Assembly: GCA_035294085.1 (NCBI GenBank)
Contig: DATGLP010000006.1
Span: 77,413-141,412 of the forward strand
Source of the DNA: Acidimicrobiales bacterium
GTDB lineage: Bacteria; Actinomycetota; Acidimicrobiia; Acidimicrobiales; Bog-793
Direction: 5' to 3'
DNA: 64,000 bases
A model generated the notes under the pieces. It was not told where the DNA came from. It saw nothing but the letters and a program-made list of their open reading frames with translations, and made no database searches. Each line of letters starts with the position of its first letter. Within the stretch, counting starts at the first letter, position 1. Shown piece after piece: positions 7,904 to 17,801 of the stretch. Both the position numbers and the translations under genes were made by a program.

Positions 7904-9184
7904 GTGACGCGCCGCGTCGTGCTCGGCCTCCTCCTCCTCGCCCTCCTCGCCGCCGGCCTCGGCGCCGCCGCCGGCCTCGGCGCCTTCCAGCCGGGCCTCT
8001 CGCCCGCCGAACGAGCCGCACTCGCGGCGAGGCGCGCCGCACGCCGGCTGCTCGCCGCGGAGGAGCGTGCCGTCGCCGCGTGCGTACGCCTCGTCGCCGT
8101 CCGCCTCCCCGCGAGGACCGGCGCCCCCGCGCCGCAGGACCCGACGAGGCTGTTCGCCCGGCCGATCGCCCGCCACGAGGTGCTCGGCTACGTTCCCTAC
8201 TGGACGATGGGCGCCCTCGGCGCCGCCGACTTCGCGAAGGCGAGCGAGCTCGCCTGGTTCGGGCTCACCCTGACCCCGACTGGCGTCCCAGCGCAGGGCG
8301 GGCCTGCCTGGGAGGCCCTGACCTCGCCCGCGTTCTCGAGCTTCGTGGCGAGCGCGCATGGCGCCGGCGACCGGGTCCTCCTCACCGTGACGAGCACCGC
8401 GAGCAACGCGATCGGCGCCCTCGTGCGCTCGCCGCGCCGAAGCGCCGACCAGCTGATGGGGGTCGTCGGTCCGCTGCTCGCCAGCGACCACCTCGACGGC
8501 CTCGACCTCGACGTCGAGGGCCAGGGGCGCTCGGGTCGGGCCGGCTTCGTCCGGTTCGTGCGCGCGTTGCGCGCCCGGCTCTCGGCGCTCGACCCGGCGG
8601 CGGAGCTCGTCGTCGATACCTACCCGCAGTCGGCCGGCGACGACGGCTTCTTCGACGTCGCCGCGCTCGGTCGCATCGCCGACCGCCTCTTCATCATGGC
8701 CTACGACATGAACGAGGACGCGAGCGCGAGCGCGTCGGCGCCTCTCGCGGACCCGACCCTGCACCTGAGCGACGTGCAGGCGCTCCTCCAGTACGTGCGG
8801 GTCGTCCCCCGACGCAAGCTGATCCTCGGCACCCCGTTCTACGGCAACGACTACACGACCGTGGGACCGCGGCCTGGCGCCCGGGCAGCGACGCGCTACC
8901 CGGTCCCGGTCACCTACGCCGCCATCTCGAGCGTCGGTCGTCCAGCGCTGTGGGACAGCGTCTCCTACAGCGTGTTCACCCGCTTCCGCCGCGCAGGCCG
9001 CTGGCACCAGACCTGGTACGACGACCCGGTTTCGCTCGCGCTGAAGACCGCTCTCGCAGCCCAGTTCCGCATCGCCGGCGTGGGCGCGTGGGCCTTCGGC
9101 ATGGAAGGTGGCGACACGGCGATGCTCGACGCCCTCGCCGGCACGGCGCCGCCAGTGAAGCTTCCGCTCCACCCCGCGCCGTAG
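7904..9184 (+). CDS. Secreted or membrane-anchored glycoside hydrolase family 18 (chitinase/YaaH-like) protein
   Basis: The N-terminal signal or anchor is MTRRVVLGLLLLALLAAGLGAAAG. The GH18 catalytic signature D-G-x-D-x-D-x-E is present as HLDGLDLDVEGQG. The C-terminal WAFGMEGGD is typical of GH18 barrels. Confidence 0.8.
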   Translation: MTRRVVLGLLLLALLAAGLGAAAGLGAFQPGLSPAERAALAARRAARRLLAAEERAVAACVRLVAVRLPARTGAPAPQDPTRLFARPIARHEVLGYVPYWTMGALGAADFAKASELAWFGLTLTPTGVPAQGGPAWEALTSPAFSSFVASAHGAGDRVLLTVTSTASNAIGALVRSPRRSADQLMGVVGPLLASDHLDGLDLDVEGQGRSGRAGFVRFVRALRARLSALDPAAELVVDTYPQSAGDDGFFDVAALGRIADRLFIMAYDMNEDASASASAPLADPTLHLSDVQALLQYVRVVPRRKLILGTPFYGNDYTTVGPRPGARAATRYPVPVTYAAISSVGRPALWDSVSYSVFTRFRRAGRWHQTWYDDPVSLALKTALAAQFRIAGVGAWAFGMEGGDTAMLDALAGTAPPVKLPLHPAP

Positions 9185-9197
9185 CGTCGAGCGCCCG

Positions 9198-9482
9198 CTA
9201 GCCCGCCGCCGCCTGCCGCTCCCCGCTCGCGGCGTTGACGCGGCGCATCAGGCGGCTCTTGCGGCGCGCCGCCTGGTTCGGGTGGATGATCCCCTTCGCC
9301 GCTGCCTTGTCGATGCGCCGGACCGCGGCCCGCAGCGCCTCGGCGACGTCCTCGGCACCGGCCTCGGCGGCGCGAAGGGCGCGCTTCGTGCGCGTCCGCA
9401 GCTCGGAGCGGACGGCCTTGTTCCGCTTCCGGCGCGCCTCGTTCTGGCGGTTCCGCTTCAGCTGACTCTTGATGTTCGCCAT
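9198..9482 (-). CDS. rpsT: 30S ribosomal protein S20
   Basis: In-frame ATG 9482 gives [35 protein letters not shown]... (94 aa), a textbook S20 N-terminus. Confidence 0.93.
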   Translation of the reverse strand: MANIKSQLKRNRQNEARRKRNKAVRSELRTRTKRALRAAEAGAEDVAEALRAAVRRIDKAAAKGIIHPNQAARRKSRLMRRVNAASGERQAAAG

Positions 9483-9588
9483 CGTCCCCTCGACGCGATG
9501 CTGCTCGCGGGGGAGCCTAGCAGGCCGACCGGCCGCGGCCGCCGGGCGGGCGAGCGGGCCGGCCCCCGGCGGGTGGCACGATGGACCC

Positions 9589-11376
9589 GTGGTCAACCCC
9601 GGCAGGCTCCGCAACTTCTCGATCATCAGCCACGTCGACCACGGCAAGTCGACGCTCTCGGACCGGATCCTCGAGCTCACCCACGCGGTCGACCCCCGCG
9701 AGATGCGCGAGCAGTACCTCGACTCGATGGACATCGAGCGCGAGCGCGGCATCACGATCAAGGCCCAGAGCGTGCGCGTCGCCTGGGGCGACCACGTCCT
9801 CCAGCTCATCGACACGCCGGGCCACGTCGACTTCGGCTACGAGGTGAGCCGCAGCCTCGCCGCCTGCGAGGGGGTCGTCCTCCTCGTCGACGCCTCCCAG
9901 GGGATCCAGGCCCAGACCCTCGCCAACTGCTACCTCGCGCTCGAGCACGACCTCGAGATCGTCGCCGCGCTGAACAAGATCGACCTGCCCGCCGCGGACC
10001 CGGAGCGCTGCGCGGCGGAGATCGAGCAGGTCCTCGGGCTCGATGCCTCGACGGTCCTGCGCATCTCGGCGAAGACCGGCGAGGGCGTCCCCGCGCTGCT
10101 CGACGCCGTCGTCGAGCGCATCCCCCCGCCGCGCGGCGAGGCCGACGCCCCGCTGCGGGCCCTCGTCTTCGACTCCTACTACGACCAGTACCGGGGCGTC
10201 GTGGCCTCGGTGCGCGTCGTCGACGGGACCTTGCGGGCGAACGGCCGGGTCCGCTTCTTCCAGGCCGGCACGACGCACGACGTCGAGGAGCTGGGCGTGC
10301 GCACGCCGAGCGCTCGCCCGGTTGACGAGCTCGGGCCGGGCGAGGTCGGCTACCTCGTCGCCGGCGTGCGCAACGTGCGCGAGGCGCGCGTCGGCGAGAC
10401 GGTGACCGACGCCGACCGGCCCGCCGACGCCCCCCTGCCCGGCTACCGGGACCCCAAGCCGATGGTGTTCTGCGGCCTGTACCCGCTCGACGGCGACGAC
10501 TTCCCGTCGCTTCGCGACGCGCTCGAGAAGCTCCAGCTCAACGACGCGAGCATCACCTACGTCCCGGAGACCTCGAGCGCGCTCGGCTTCGGCTTCCGCT
10601 GCGGCTTCCTCGGCCTGCTCCACATGGAGATCGTGCGCGAGCGCCTCGAGCGGGAGTTCGGGCTCTCGCTGATCGCCACCGCTCCCTCGGTCGCCTACGT
10701 GGCGCACCTCACGAACGGGACGACACGGGTCGTCGACAACCCCTCGGCGATGCCCCCGCCGCAGAACCTCGAGCGCATCGAGGAGCCGGTGCTGCGCGTC
10801 ACCATCATCACCCCCGCCGAGCACATCGGCACCGTCATGGAGCTGTGCCAGTCGCGCCGCGGGCGCCAGGAGAAGATGGCCTACCTGTCGGCCGAGCGCA
10901 TCGAGCTCGTCTACGTGCTCCCGCTCTCGGAGATCGTCGTCGACTTCTTCGACCAGCTGAAGAGCCGCACGAAGGGCTACGCGAGCCTCGACTACGAGCC
11001 GGCGGGCCTCGAGACGGCGCCCCTCGTGCGCGTCGACCTGCTGCTCAACGGCCAGCCGGTCGACGCCTTCTCCGCCATCGTCCACCGCAGCCGAGCCGAG
11101 GACTACGGGCGCAAGATGACCCAGCGCCTGCGCGAGCTCATCCCCCGCCAGCTCTTCGACGTGCCGATCCAGGCCGCGATCGGCGGGCGGATCATCGCCC
11201 GGGAGACGGTGAAGGCCAAGCGCAAGGACGTCCTCGCCAAGTGCTACGGCGGCGACATCACCCGCAAGCACAAGCTCCTCGAGAAGCAGCGAGCCGGCAA
11301 GAAGCGGATGAAGTCGATCGGGCGCGTCGAGGTTCCCCAGGAGGCGTTCGTCTCCGCACTGCGCCTGGAGGGCTAG
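9589..11376 (+). CDS. lepA: Elongation factor 4 (translational GTPase LepA)
   Basis: GTG 9589 gives [29 protein letters not shown]... with DTPGHVDF and NKID G-motifs and the LepA-specific C-terminus (...[43 protein letters not shown]). The product is 595 aa. Confidence 0.95.
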   Translation: MVNPGRLRNFSIISHVDHGKSTLSDRILELTHAVDPREMREQYLDSMDIERERGITIKAQSVRVAWGDHVLQLIDTPGHVDFGYEVSRSLAACEGVVLLVDASQGIQAQTLANCYLALEHDLEIVAALNKIDLPAADPERCAAEIEQVLGLDASTVLRISAKTGEGVPALLDAVVERIPPPRGEADAPLRALVFDSYYDQYRGVVASVRVVDGTLRANGRVRFFQAGTTHDVEELGVRTPSARPVDELGPGEVGYLVAGVRNVREARVGETVTDADRPADAPLPGYRDPKPMVFCGLYPLDGDDFPSLRDALEKLQLNDASITYVPETSSALGFGFRCGFLGLLHMEIVRERLEREFGLSLIATAPSVAYVAHLTNGTTRVVDNPSAMPPPQNLERIEEPVLRVTIITPAEHIGTVMELCQSRRGRQEKMAYLSAERIELVYVLPLSEIVVDFFDQLKSRTKGYASLDYEPAGLETAPLVRVDLLLNGQPVDAFSAIVHRSRAEDYGRKMTQRLRELIPRQLFDVPIQAAIGGRIIARETVKAKRKDVLAKCYGGDITRKHKLLEKQRAGKKRMKSIGRVEVPQEAFVSALRLEG

Positions 11377-11383
11377 GGCTCGC

Positions 11384-12298
11384 GTGGTGGCCTGGCCCGC
11401 CGCCCGTGCCCGCGCCGCGCTGCGCTCGCTGCTCACGGCGAGCCTCGCCGGCGCGCTGCGCCCCGATCCGGCGGAGCTCGCGCGCTACGCCGAGCCGGCG
11501 GGGGACCCGGGGCTGTTCGGGCCAGGCTCGCTCGCCTGGGTCGTGCACGCGGACCTGCCCTCGATGCTCGTCGGCGGCCTCGCCGCGCTCATGTTCCAGA
11601 CGCTGCACCCCCTGGCGATGGCGGGCGTCGCCGACCACTCCGGCTTCCGGTCCGACCCGCTCGGCCGCCTCGAGCGGACGGCCCGCTTCGTCGCCGGGAC
11701 GACGTTCGGACCGACGCGGCTCGCCGAGGAGCTCCTCGACCGCGTCCGCCGCACCCACGAGCGCGTCGTCGGGACCGCCCGAGACGGCCGGCGCTACTCG
11801 GCGAACGACCCGGCGCTCCTCACCTACGTGCACGTCACGGAGGTCTGGTGCTTCCTCCGCTCCTTCCAGCGCTACGGGCCTCGCCCGCTGCTTCGATCCG
11901 AGCGCGACCGCTACCTCGCCGAGGTGGTGGTGGTCGCCGAGCGCCTCGGGGCCCGCGACGTGCCGGCGAGCGTCGCCGAGGTGCGCGCCTACCTCGCCGC
12001 GGTGGCCGGCGAGCTCGAGGCCACCCCGGAAGCCCTCGACACGGTGGCCTTCCTGCGCCGGCCGCTGGCGCGCCGGCCCGAGGCCGTGGTGGGACACCGC
12101 GTCCTCACGGACGCGGCGTTCGACCTCCTGCCCGCGCACGCCCGCGCGCTGCTCGGCGCGACGCCCTGCGGTGCGCTGCGGACCGTGCCCGTGCGGACGG
12201 CGGGGCGCGCCTTCACGGCGGCGATGCGCTGGGCCATCGGACCCTCCCTCGTCGCCGCCGCGGCCCGAGCGCGCTGCGCTCTGCGACCGGCCAGGTAG
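11384..12298 (+). CDS. Oxygenase MpaB-family / DUF2236 protein
   Basis: The 304-aa ORF carries the DUF2236-like core GPGSLAWVVHADLPSMLVGGLAALMFQTLHPLAMAGVADHSGFRSDPLGRLERTARFV. Confidence 0.7.
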   Translation: MVAWPAARARAALRSLLTASLAGALRPDPAELARYAEPAGDPGLFGPGSLAWVVHADLPSMLVGGLAALMFQTLHPLAMAGVADHSGFRSDPLGRLERTARFVAGTTFGPTRLAEELLDRVRRTHERVVGTARDGRRYSANDPALLTYVHVTEVWCFLRSFQRYGPRPLLRSERDRYLAEVVVVAERLGARDVPASVAEVRAYLAAVAGELEATPEALDTVAFLRRPLARRPEAVVGHRVLTDAAFDLLPAHARALLGATPCGALRTVPVRTAGRAFTAAMRWAIGPSLVAAAARARCALRPAR

Positions 12299-12321
12299 CA
12301 GTCGGTAGAATCGAGTGCTAG
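12295..12321 (+). promoter_or_regulatory. CIRCE operator (HrcA binding site) with an embedded -10-like TAGAAT
   Basis: gTAGCAGTC-ggtagaatc-GAGTGCTAg compared with the consensus TTAGCACTC-N9-GAGTGCTAA. The spacer is 9 nt and there is one arm mismatch. It lies 50 nt upstream of the hrcA start. The spacer contains TAGAAT (12306-12311). Confidence 0.8.
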
Positions 12322-12370
12322 CGCCCGGCACGGCCGCCCCGGCGGCGCGAGCGAGGGACGGGAGAGCCCG

Positions 12371-13417
12371 TTGGCAGCAAGGAAGCAGAACACGCCGACA
12401 GACGAGGTGCTCGACGCGAGGAAGGCGGCCATCCTCCGGCGCGTCGTCGCCGAGCACATCGAGAGCGGCCAGCCCGTCGGCTCGGCGCACATCGTGCGCG
12501 AGGGCGCGGTCGACGTCTCGCCGGCGACGGTGCGCGCGGACATGGCCGCGCTCGAGCGCGAGGGCTACCTGACCCACCCGCACACGAGCGCCGGACGCAT
12601 CCCGACCGACAAGGGCTACCGCTTCTTCGTCGACAGCCTCGAGGAGCCCTCCGCGCTCGACCCGGCACACGAGGAGCAGGTGCGGAACTTCTTCGCGCGA
12701 GCGCACGGCGAGCTCGAGCGGATGCTGCGCGACACCTCCCAGCTGCTCTCGCGCCTCACCGACTACGCCGCGGTCGTCGTGGGCCCCGCCCACGACGCGC
12801 TGAGCGTCCACTCCCTCCTGCTCACCCGTCTCGGCCCCCGGGTATGCCTGCTCGTCGTCGTGCTCTCGAACGGGGCGGTCGAGAAGCACGTCGTCGACGT
12901 CCCCGAGGAGACGACCGACGAGGAGATCGACGCCGCGGCCGCGGCGCTGCGCGAGCAGCTCATCGGCAAGCGCCTCGGCGCCCTCGGCCAGCCGAGGCGT
13001 TCCGGTCGGCGCGCGCTCGACGGCATCGTGTCGGCCTGCCACCGGGCGCTCGCCGGGGTGCGCGAGGTCGGGGACGCCGACGAGGTCTTCGTCGGCGGCG
13101 CGGCGCGCATGGCCGAGCAGTTCCGCGCCGTCGACACCGTACGCGAGGTCCTCGCCATCCTCGAGCAGTCCTTCGTCGTCGTCTCGCTCATCCGCGACGT
13201 CCTCGCGCAGGGCCAGTCGGTCTCGATCGGCACCGAGCACGGCGTGTCCTCCCTCGCCGAGTGCTCGCTCGTCGTCGCCCCCTACACCGTCGACGAGCGC
13301 GTCGTCGGCACGATCGGCGTGCTCGGCCCGACGCGCATGGACTACCGCCACGCCCTCGCCGCCGTGGCTGTGGTGAGCGAGCGCCTCGGTCGCCAGCTCT
13401 CGGGCGGGGGCGAGTGA
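12371..13417 (+). CDS. hrcA: Heat-inducible transcription repressor HrcA
   Basis: The 348-aa ORF reads [29 protein letters not shown]...[40 protein letters not shown], the canonical HrcA N-domain. It is preceded by CIRCE and followed by dnaJ. Confidence 0.93.
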   Translation: MAARKQNTPTDEVLDARKAAILRRVVAEHIESGQPVGSAHIVREGAVDVSPATVRADMAALEREGYLTHPHTSAGRIPTDKGYRFFVDSLEEPSALDPAHEEQVRNFFARAHGELERMLRDTSQLLSRLTDYAAVVVGPAHDALSVHSLLLTRLGPRVCLLVVVLSNGAVEKHVVDVPEETTDEEIDAAAAALREQLIGKRLGALGQPRRSGRRALDGIVSACHRALAGVREVGDADEVFVGGAARMAEQFRAVDTVREVLAILEQSFVVVSLIRDVLAQGQSVSIGTEHGVSSLAECSLVVAPYTVDERVVGTIGVLGPTRMDYRHALAAVAVVSERLGRQLSGGGE

Positions 13418-14517
13418 TGGCGACCGACTACTACGAGCTCCTCGGGGTGCGCCGCGACGCGTCGGAGGACGAGATCAAGCGCGCCTACCGGCGGCTCGCG
13501 CGCGAGCTGCACCCCGACGCGAACGGGGGCGACCCGGCCGCCGAGGCCCGCTTCAAGGAGGTCACCGTCGCCTACGAGACGCTCCGTGACCCGGAGCGCC
13601 GGCGCCGCTACGACGCCTTCGGGCCCGACGGCCAGCGCGGCCCGGGGGACGTGTTCGGCGCCGGCATCGGCGACCTGTTCGACGCCTTCTTCGGCCAGAG
13701 CCCGTTCGCCACGCCGCGCCAGCGCGGGCCGCGGCGCGGCGACGACGTCGAGGCGGTGCTCGAGCTGCGCTTCGAGGAGGCGGTCTTCGGCGCCTCCCGC
13801 CCGATCGCCTTCCGCGGCTACGCCGTGTGCGAGGCCTGCGGGGGCTCGGGGGCCGCGCCCGGCACGGCCCCGACGCGCTGCCCGGACTGCGGCGGGACCG
13901 GGCAGGTCCGGCGGGTTCGCCAGTCGATCCTCGGCCAGGTCGTGACCTCCGCTCCGTGCCAGCGCTGCCAGGGCCTCGGCGAGGTCGTCGCCTCGCCCTG
14001 CCGCGACTGTCGAGGCGAGGGACGGCGCGTCGAGGAGCAGGTGGTGGAGATCGTCGTGCCCCCCGGCGTCGACGACGGCACGACGCTTCGCGTCGCGGGC
14101 GCCGGCGCCGCGCCGTACCGGGGCGGGATGCGCGGCGACCTCTACGTGCACGTGCGCGTCGCGCCGCACGACCGCTTCGTGCGCTCGGGGTCGGACCTCG
14201 AGACGGAGCTGCACGTCTCGGTGACCCAGGCTGCCCTCGGGGCCAGGATCGACGTCGAGACGCTCGACGGCATCGAGCCGCTCGACATCCCCGCCGGCAC
14301 CCAGACCGGACGCACCTTCCGCCTGCGGGGCCTCGGCGTGCCGCACGTGCGCGGACGGGGTCGGGGCGACCTCGTCGTCCACGTCGTCGTCGACACCCCG
14401 ACGGACCTCACGAAGGAGCAGGCCCAGCTGCTGCGTGAGCTCGCCGCCCTGCGGGGCGAGGCCGTGGCCGATCCCGATCACGGACTCATCGCGCGCATCC
14501 GCTCGAGCCTGTCGTGA
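13417..14517 (+). CDS. dnaJ: Molecular chaperone DnaJ
   Basis: ATG 13417 overlaps the hrcA stop. The J-domain is [36 protein letters not shown]. Four CxxCxGxG zinc-finger repeats are present ([32 protein letters not shown]). Confidence 0.95.
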   Translation: MATDYYELLGVRRDASEDEIKRAYRRLARELHPDANGGDPAAEARFKEVTVAYETLRDPERRRRYDAFGPDGQRGPGDVFGAGIGDLFDAFFGQSPFATPRQRGPRRGDDVEAVLELRFEEAVFGASRPIAFRGYAVCEACGGSGAAPGTAPTRCPDCGGTGQVRRVRQSILGQVVTSAPCQRCQGLGEVVASPCRDCRGEGRRVEEQVVEIVVPPGVDDGTTLRVAGAGAAPYRGGMRGDLYVHVRVAPHDRFVRSGSDLETELHVSVTQAALGARIDVETLDGIEPLDIPAGTQTGRTFRLRGLGVPHVRGRGRGDLVVHVVVDTPTDLTKEQAQLLRELAALRGEAVADPDHGLIARIRSSLS

Positions 14518-15296
14518 CCTCGCCCGCCGTCGGCGCGCCCGACGAGGCGCTGCGGCGCGCCGCGGCGTTCGTCTTCGTCGAGCGCCTCGACGACCTCCGC
14601 CTCGAGCCGCCCGACGCCCACCACCTCCTCGAGGTCCTGCGGCTGGGGGAGGGCGCCGTCGTCGTCGCCGCCGACGGTGCCGGGCGCTGGTGCCTCGCGG
14701 CGCTCGCCGGAGCCCGCCGGCGCGCCCGGCGCTCGGAGGCGGCGCGCCTCGAGGCGCTCGGGCCGGTGCGCGAGGCGCCCCGCCCGCCCTTCGCCGTCGG
14801 CGTGGGGTTCGCCCTCCCGAAGGGCGACCGGGCGGAGTGGACCGTGCGCAAGCTCACCGAGCTCGGGGTCGACCGCATCGTCCCCCTGCTCACCGAGCGC
14901 ACCGTCGTCGCGCTCGACGCCGCGGCGCGGCGCCGGCGCGGGGAGCGCCTGCGGCGGGTCGCCCGCGAGGCCGCCGCGCAGGCGCGCCGGCCGGCCCTGC
15001 CGGAGGTCGCGGACCCGCTCCCGCTCGCCGACCTGCTCGCCGAGCCCCCGGACGGCCTCGTCGCCGCCGACTTCGGCGGCGGACCGCCCGAACCGTCCGC
15101 CCGCTTCGCCGTCGTCGGCCCGGAGGGCGGCTTCGCGCCGCGGGAGCTGCCCGCCACCCTCGCGCGCCTCGGGCTCGGCCCGACCGTGCTGCGCTGCGAC
15201 ACCGCCGCCCTCGCCGCTGGGGTACTGCTGTGCGCCCGGCGCACCTGGGGCGCAGGCGCCGAGCTCGTCGGGCACGCCGGGGTCGGCGCGGTCTAG
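14514..15296 (+). CDS. rsmE: 16S rRNA (uracil1498-N3)-methyltransferase RsmE
   Basis: GTG 14514 forms a GTGA overlap with the dnaJ stop. The protein has the PUA-like N-domain motif (HHLLEVLRL) and a SPOUT C-domain ([46 protein letters not shown]). Confidence 0.85.
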   Translation: MTSPAVGAPDEALRRAAAFVFVERLDDLRLEPPDAHHLLEVLRLGEGAVVVAADGAGRWCLAALAGARRRARRSEAARLEALGPVREAPRPPFAVGVGFALPKGDRAEWTVRKLTELGVDRIVPLLTERTVVALDAAARRRRGERLRRVAREAAAQARRPALPEVADPLPLADLLAEPPDGLVAADFGGGPPEPSARFAVVGPEGGFAPRELPATLARLGLGPTVLRCDTAALAAGVLLCARRTWGAGAELVGHAGVGAV

Positions 15297-15364
15297 GTTG
15301 GGCCCGCGCCGAGGCTCGTGCCAGGCGCGCTCACGCTCGCGGCGCGAAGGAAGGGAAGTCGGAG

Positions 15365-16240
15365 ATGGCGACGGCGCTGTTCCGCATCGAGCACGGTGGC
15401 CTCGCGCGCTGGGCGATCGGCGAACCGGGAGCGGGTCCGCAGGCGCTGCTCGCCGAGACCTTCTCCCTCGATGCTGCCCTCGCCGCAGGCGGCCTGCGCC
15501 AGGCGGTCGAGGCGGCGGGGACGGCGGGGCCCGTCGGCGACCACCGGCTCCTCGCGCCGGTCGAGCACCAGCCGGTCTGGGCGGCGGGTGTCACCTACGA
15601 GCGCAGCCGCGACGCACGCACCGAGGAGTCGCACGGCTCGGACTTCTACGAGCGCGTCTACGACGCCGAGCGGCCGGAGCTGTTCTTCAAGGCGAACGGG
15701 GAGGCGGTGCGCGCCAGCGGCGAGACGATCGCGATCCGCGCCGACTCGAGCTGGAACGTGCCCGAGCCCGAGCTCGCGCTCGTGGCCGGTGCCGACGGCC
15801 GCCTCGAGGCCGTCACCCTCGGCAACGACGTCTCCTCGCGCTCGATCGAGGGCGAGAACCCCCTCTACCTGCCGCAGGCCAAGGTCTACGACCGCAGCTG
15901 CGCCATCGGGCCGTGCCTCGTCCTCGCCGACGGCCTCGGCGAGCTGGGCTCGCTCGTCGTCTCGATGCGCATCGAGCGCGCCGGCGCGCTCGTCTTCGCC
16001 GACGAGCTGCCCGTCGAGCGCATGCACCGCCGGCCGCTCGACCTGCTCGAGTGGCTCTACCACTCCCTCAGCTTCCCGCTCGGCGCATTCCTGCTGACCG
16101 GGACGTCGATGGTCCCGCCGTCGGAGCTCACCCTCGAGGTCGGCGACACGGTGCGCATCTCCTGCTCGGCGATCGGGACGCTCGAGAACGCCGTCGAGCG
16201 CCTGCCGGCCCGCCGGCGCGTCGCCGCATCGCCCGCCTGA
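15365..16240 (+). CDS. Fumarylacetoacetate hydrolase-family protein, 2-keto-3-deoxy-pentonate dehydratase-like (XylX/KdaD type)
   Basis: In-frame ATG 15365 is preceded by GGAAGGGAAG. The 291-aa product has FAH-fold motifs ([52 protein letters not shown]). It is directly followed by a KGSADH-type aldehyde dehydrogenase. Confidence 0.75.
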   Translation: MATALFRIEHGGLARWAIGEPGAGPQALLAETFSLDAALAAGGLRQAVEAAGTAGPVGDHRLLAPVEHQPVWAAGVTYERSRDARTEESHGSDFYERVYDAERPELFFKANGEAVRASGETIAIRADSSWNVPEPELALVAGADGRLEAVTLGNDVSSRSIEGENPLYLPQAKVYDRSCAIGPCLVLADGLGELGSLVVSMRIERAGALVFADELPVERMHRRPLDLLEWLYHSLSFPLGAFLLTGTSMVPPSELTLEVGDTVRISCSAIGTLENAVERLPARRRVAASPA

Positions 16241-16260
16241 CGGATCGGAAGGAGGCTCGG

Positions 16261-17733
16261 GTGCCGGAGCTCGCCACCATCGAGGACACCTCGCCCGGGG
16301 CGCTCGACGCGCTGCTCGCCGCGGCCGTGGCAGCGAGCGACCCCTACGGCGCGCTCGGCGCTCCCGAGCGGGCCCGCTGCCTCGAGGCCGTCGCCGCCTC
16401 CCTCGAGGCCGCGGAGGCCGAGCTCGTGGAGCTCGCCGGGGAGGAGACGCACCTGTCGCACGAGCGGCTCTCGGGCGAGCTGCGCCGCACGACCTTCCAG
16501 CTGCGCCTGTTCGCCGAGGTCGTGCGGCGCGGCGAGTACCTCGAGGCCACGATCGACCACGCCGACCCCAGCTGGCCGCCGGCACCGAGGCCGGACCTGC
16601 GCCGCGTGCTCGTCCCGCTCGGACCGGCGCTCGTCTTCGCGGCGAGCAACTTCCCCTTCGCCTTCTCGGTGGCGGGCGGCGACACGGCGTCCGCGCTCGC
16701 CGCCGGCTGCCCCGTGATCCTCAAGGCGAGCCCCGGCCACCCGCGCCTGTCGGCGCGCACCGGGCAGCTCGTCGCCGAAGCCCTCGAGGCGGCCGGCGCG
16801 CCGGCGGGAACCTTCGGGGTCATCTTCGGGCAGGAGGCCGGCGCGGCCGCGATCGTCGACGCACGGGTGCGGGTCGCGGCGTTCACCGGCTCGCTGGCCG
16901 GCGGGCGCGCGCTCTTCGACCTCGCGACCTCGCGGGCCGACCCGATCCCCTTCTACGGCGAGCTCGGCAGCCTGAACCCCGTCTTCGTGACCGCCGCCGC
17001 GGCTCGGCGCCGGCGCGACGAGATCGTGCGCGGCTTCGTCTCCTCGTTCACCCTCGGCGCGGGCCAGTTCTGCACGAAGCCGGGCCTGCTGTTCGTGCCC
17101 GCTGGCGCCGGCTTCGAGGCTGCCGCGGCCGAGCTGGCGTCGGGTCAGGCCGGCGCCGAGCTCCTGAACGACCGCCTCGCCGAGGGCTACCGCCGCTCCC
17201 TCGAGGCGCTCGCACGCCGCCCGGGGGTCGACGTCGTGCTCGCCGGTTCGCCGGACGAGCGCCGCGTCACCCCGACGCTGCTCGCCACCGACCTCGCCAA
17301 CGTGGTCCGCGACGCCGAGCACCTGCTCGTCGAGTGCTTCGGGCCGGCGGCCCTCATCGTCGCCCACGACGACGACGACGCGCTCGTCGAGGTGGCGAGC
17401 CGTCTGCCCGGCCAGCTCAGCGCTGCCGTCCACGGCGAGGAGACCGGCGACCCGACGGCCGCGCGCCTCGTGGCGATGCTCGCCAAGGTCGCCGGCCGGG
17501 TCGTCTGGAACGGCTGGCCGACGGGGGTGGCGGTCACCTGGGCGACCCACCACGGCGGTCCCTACCCCGCGACGACCTCGCCGTCGCACACCTCGGTGGG
17601 GACGGCGGCGATCGAGCGCTTCCTGCGCCCGGTCGCCTTCCAGGACGTGCCCGACGCCCTCCTGCCGCCGGCCCTCCAGGAGGCGAACCCGCTCGGCATC
17701 CCCCGGCGCGTCGACGGCGTGGCGGGGCGTTGA
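16261..17733 (+). CDS. NAD(P)+-dependent aldehyde dehydrogenase, alpha-ketoglutarate-semialdehyde dehydrogenase-like
   Basis: GTG 16261 is preceded by GGAAGGAGG. ALDH motifs are present: FAASNFPFAFSVAGGDTASALAAGCPVILKASP, the catalytic-Glu region YGELGSLNP, and the catalytic-Cys region GAGQFCTKPG. The product is 490 aa. Confidence 0.85.
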   Translation: MPELATIEDTSPGALDALLAAAVAASDPYGALGAPERARCLEAVAASLEAAEAELVELAGEETHLSHERLSGELRRTTFQLRLFAEVVRRGEYLEATIDHADPSWPPAPRPDLRRVLVPLGPALVFAASNFPFAFSVAGGDTASALAAGCPVILKASPGHPRLSARTGQLVAEALEAAGAPAGTFGVIFGQEAGAAAIVDARVRVAAFTGSLAGGRALFDLATSRADPIPFYGELGSLNPVFVTAAAARRRRDEIVRGFVSSFTLGAGQFCTKPGLLFVPAGAGFEAAAAELASGQAGAELLNDRLAEGYRRSLEALARRPGVDVVLAGSPDERRVTPTLLATDLANVVRDAEHLLVECFGPAALIVAHDDDDALVEVASRLPGQLSAAVHGEETGDPTAARLVAMLAKVAGRVVWNGWPTGVAVTWATHHGGPYPATTSPSHTSVGTAAIERFLRPVAFQDVPDALLPPALQEANPLGIPRRVDGVAGR

Positions 17734-17801
17734 GCCGCGACCCTCGAAGCGCGAGGCACCCGTCGACTACCGTCTCCTAGGGGCCCAGCACACGACGCGC
17801 C

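Noticed and set aside
6189-8042. The upstream part of the 825-aa ORF 5565..8042.
   Set aside because: It reads through gltX and the ferredoxin gene in a different frame. Only the last 207 codons, from GTG 6188, have protein-like composition.
7894-9201. A 435-aa plus-strand ORF overlapping the GH18 gene in another frame.
   Set aside because: Its composition is pure Arg/Pro/Ala low-complexity. The alternative frame 7904..9184 carries the GH18 DGLDLDVE catalytic motif and a signal peptide.
9469-9588. The N-terminal extension of the lepA ORF starting at TTG 9469.
   Set aside because: The extension overlaps the rpsT start region on the other strand and is Ala/Gly/Pro-rich. The conserved LepA N-terminus ([14 protein letters not shown]) begins a few codons after GTG 9589.
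12844-13416. The 191-codon upstream extension of the dnaJ ORF 12844..14517. The same applies to the extensions of 14435..16240, 14677..17733, 21368..23860, 37782..39770, 46021..48243, 46467..50036, 48491..50788, 54635..57496, 58829..60376, 59941..61674 and 33910..34686.
   Set aside because: In every case the extension overlaps the preceding, well-supported gene in another frame and is Arg/Pro-rich. The recognisable protein starts at an internal ATG, GTG or TTG, usually overlapping the previous stop codon.
17734-17801. A BldD-box palindrome (TNAC-N5-GTNA) upstream of the BldD-like gene, as expected for autoregulation.
   Set aside because: I could not find a convincing match in the 68-nt upstream spacer. 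The nearest candidates around GTCGACTACCGTC do not fit the spacing.
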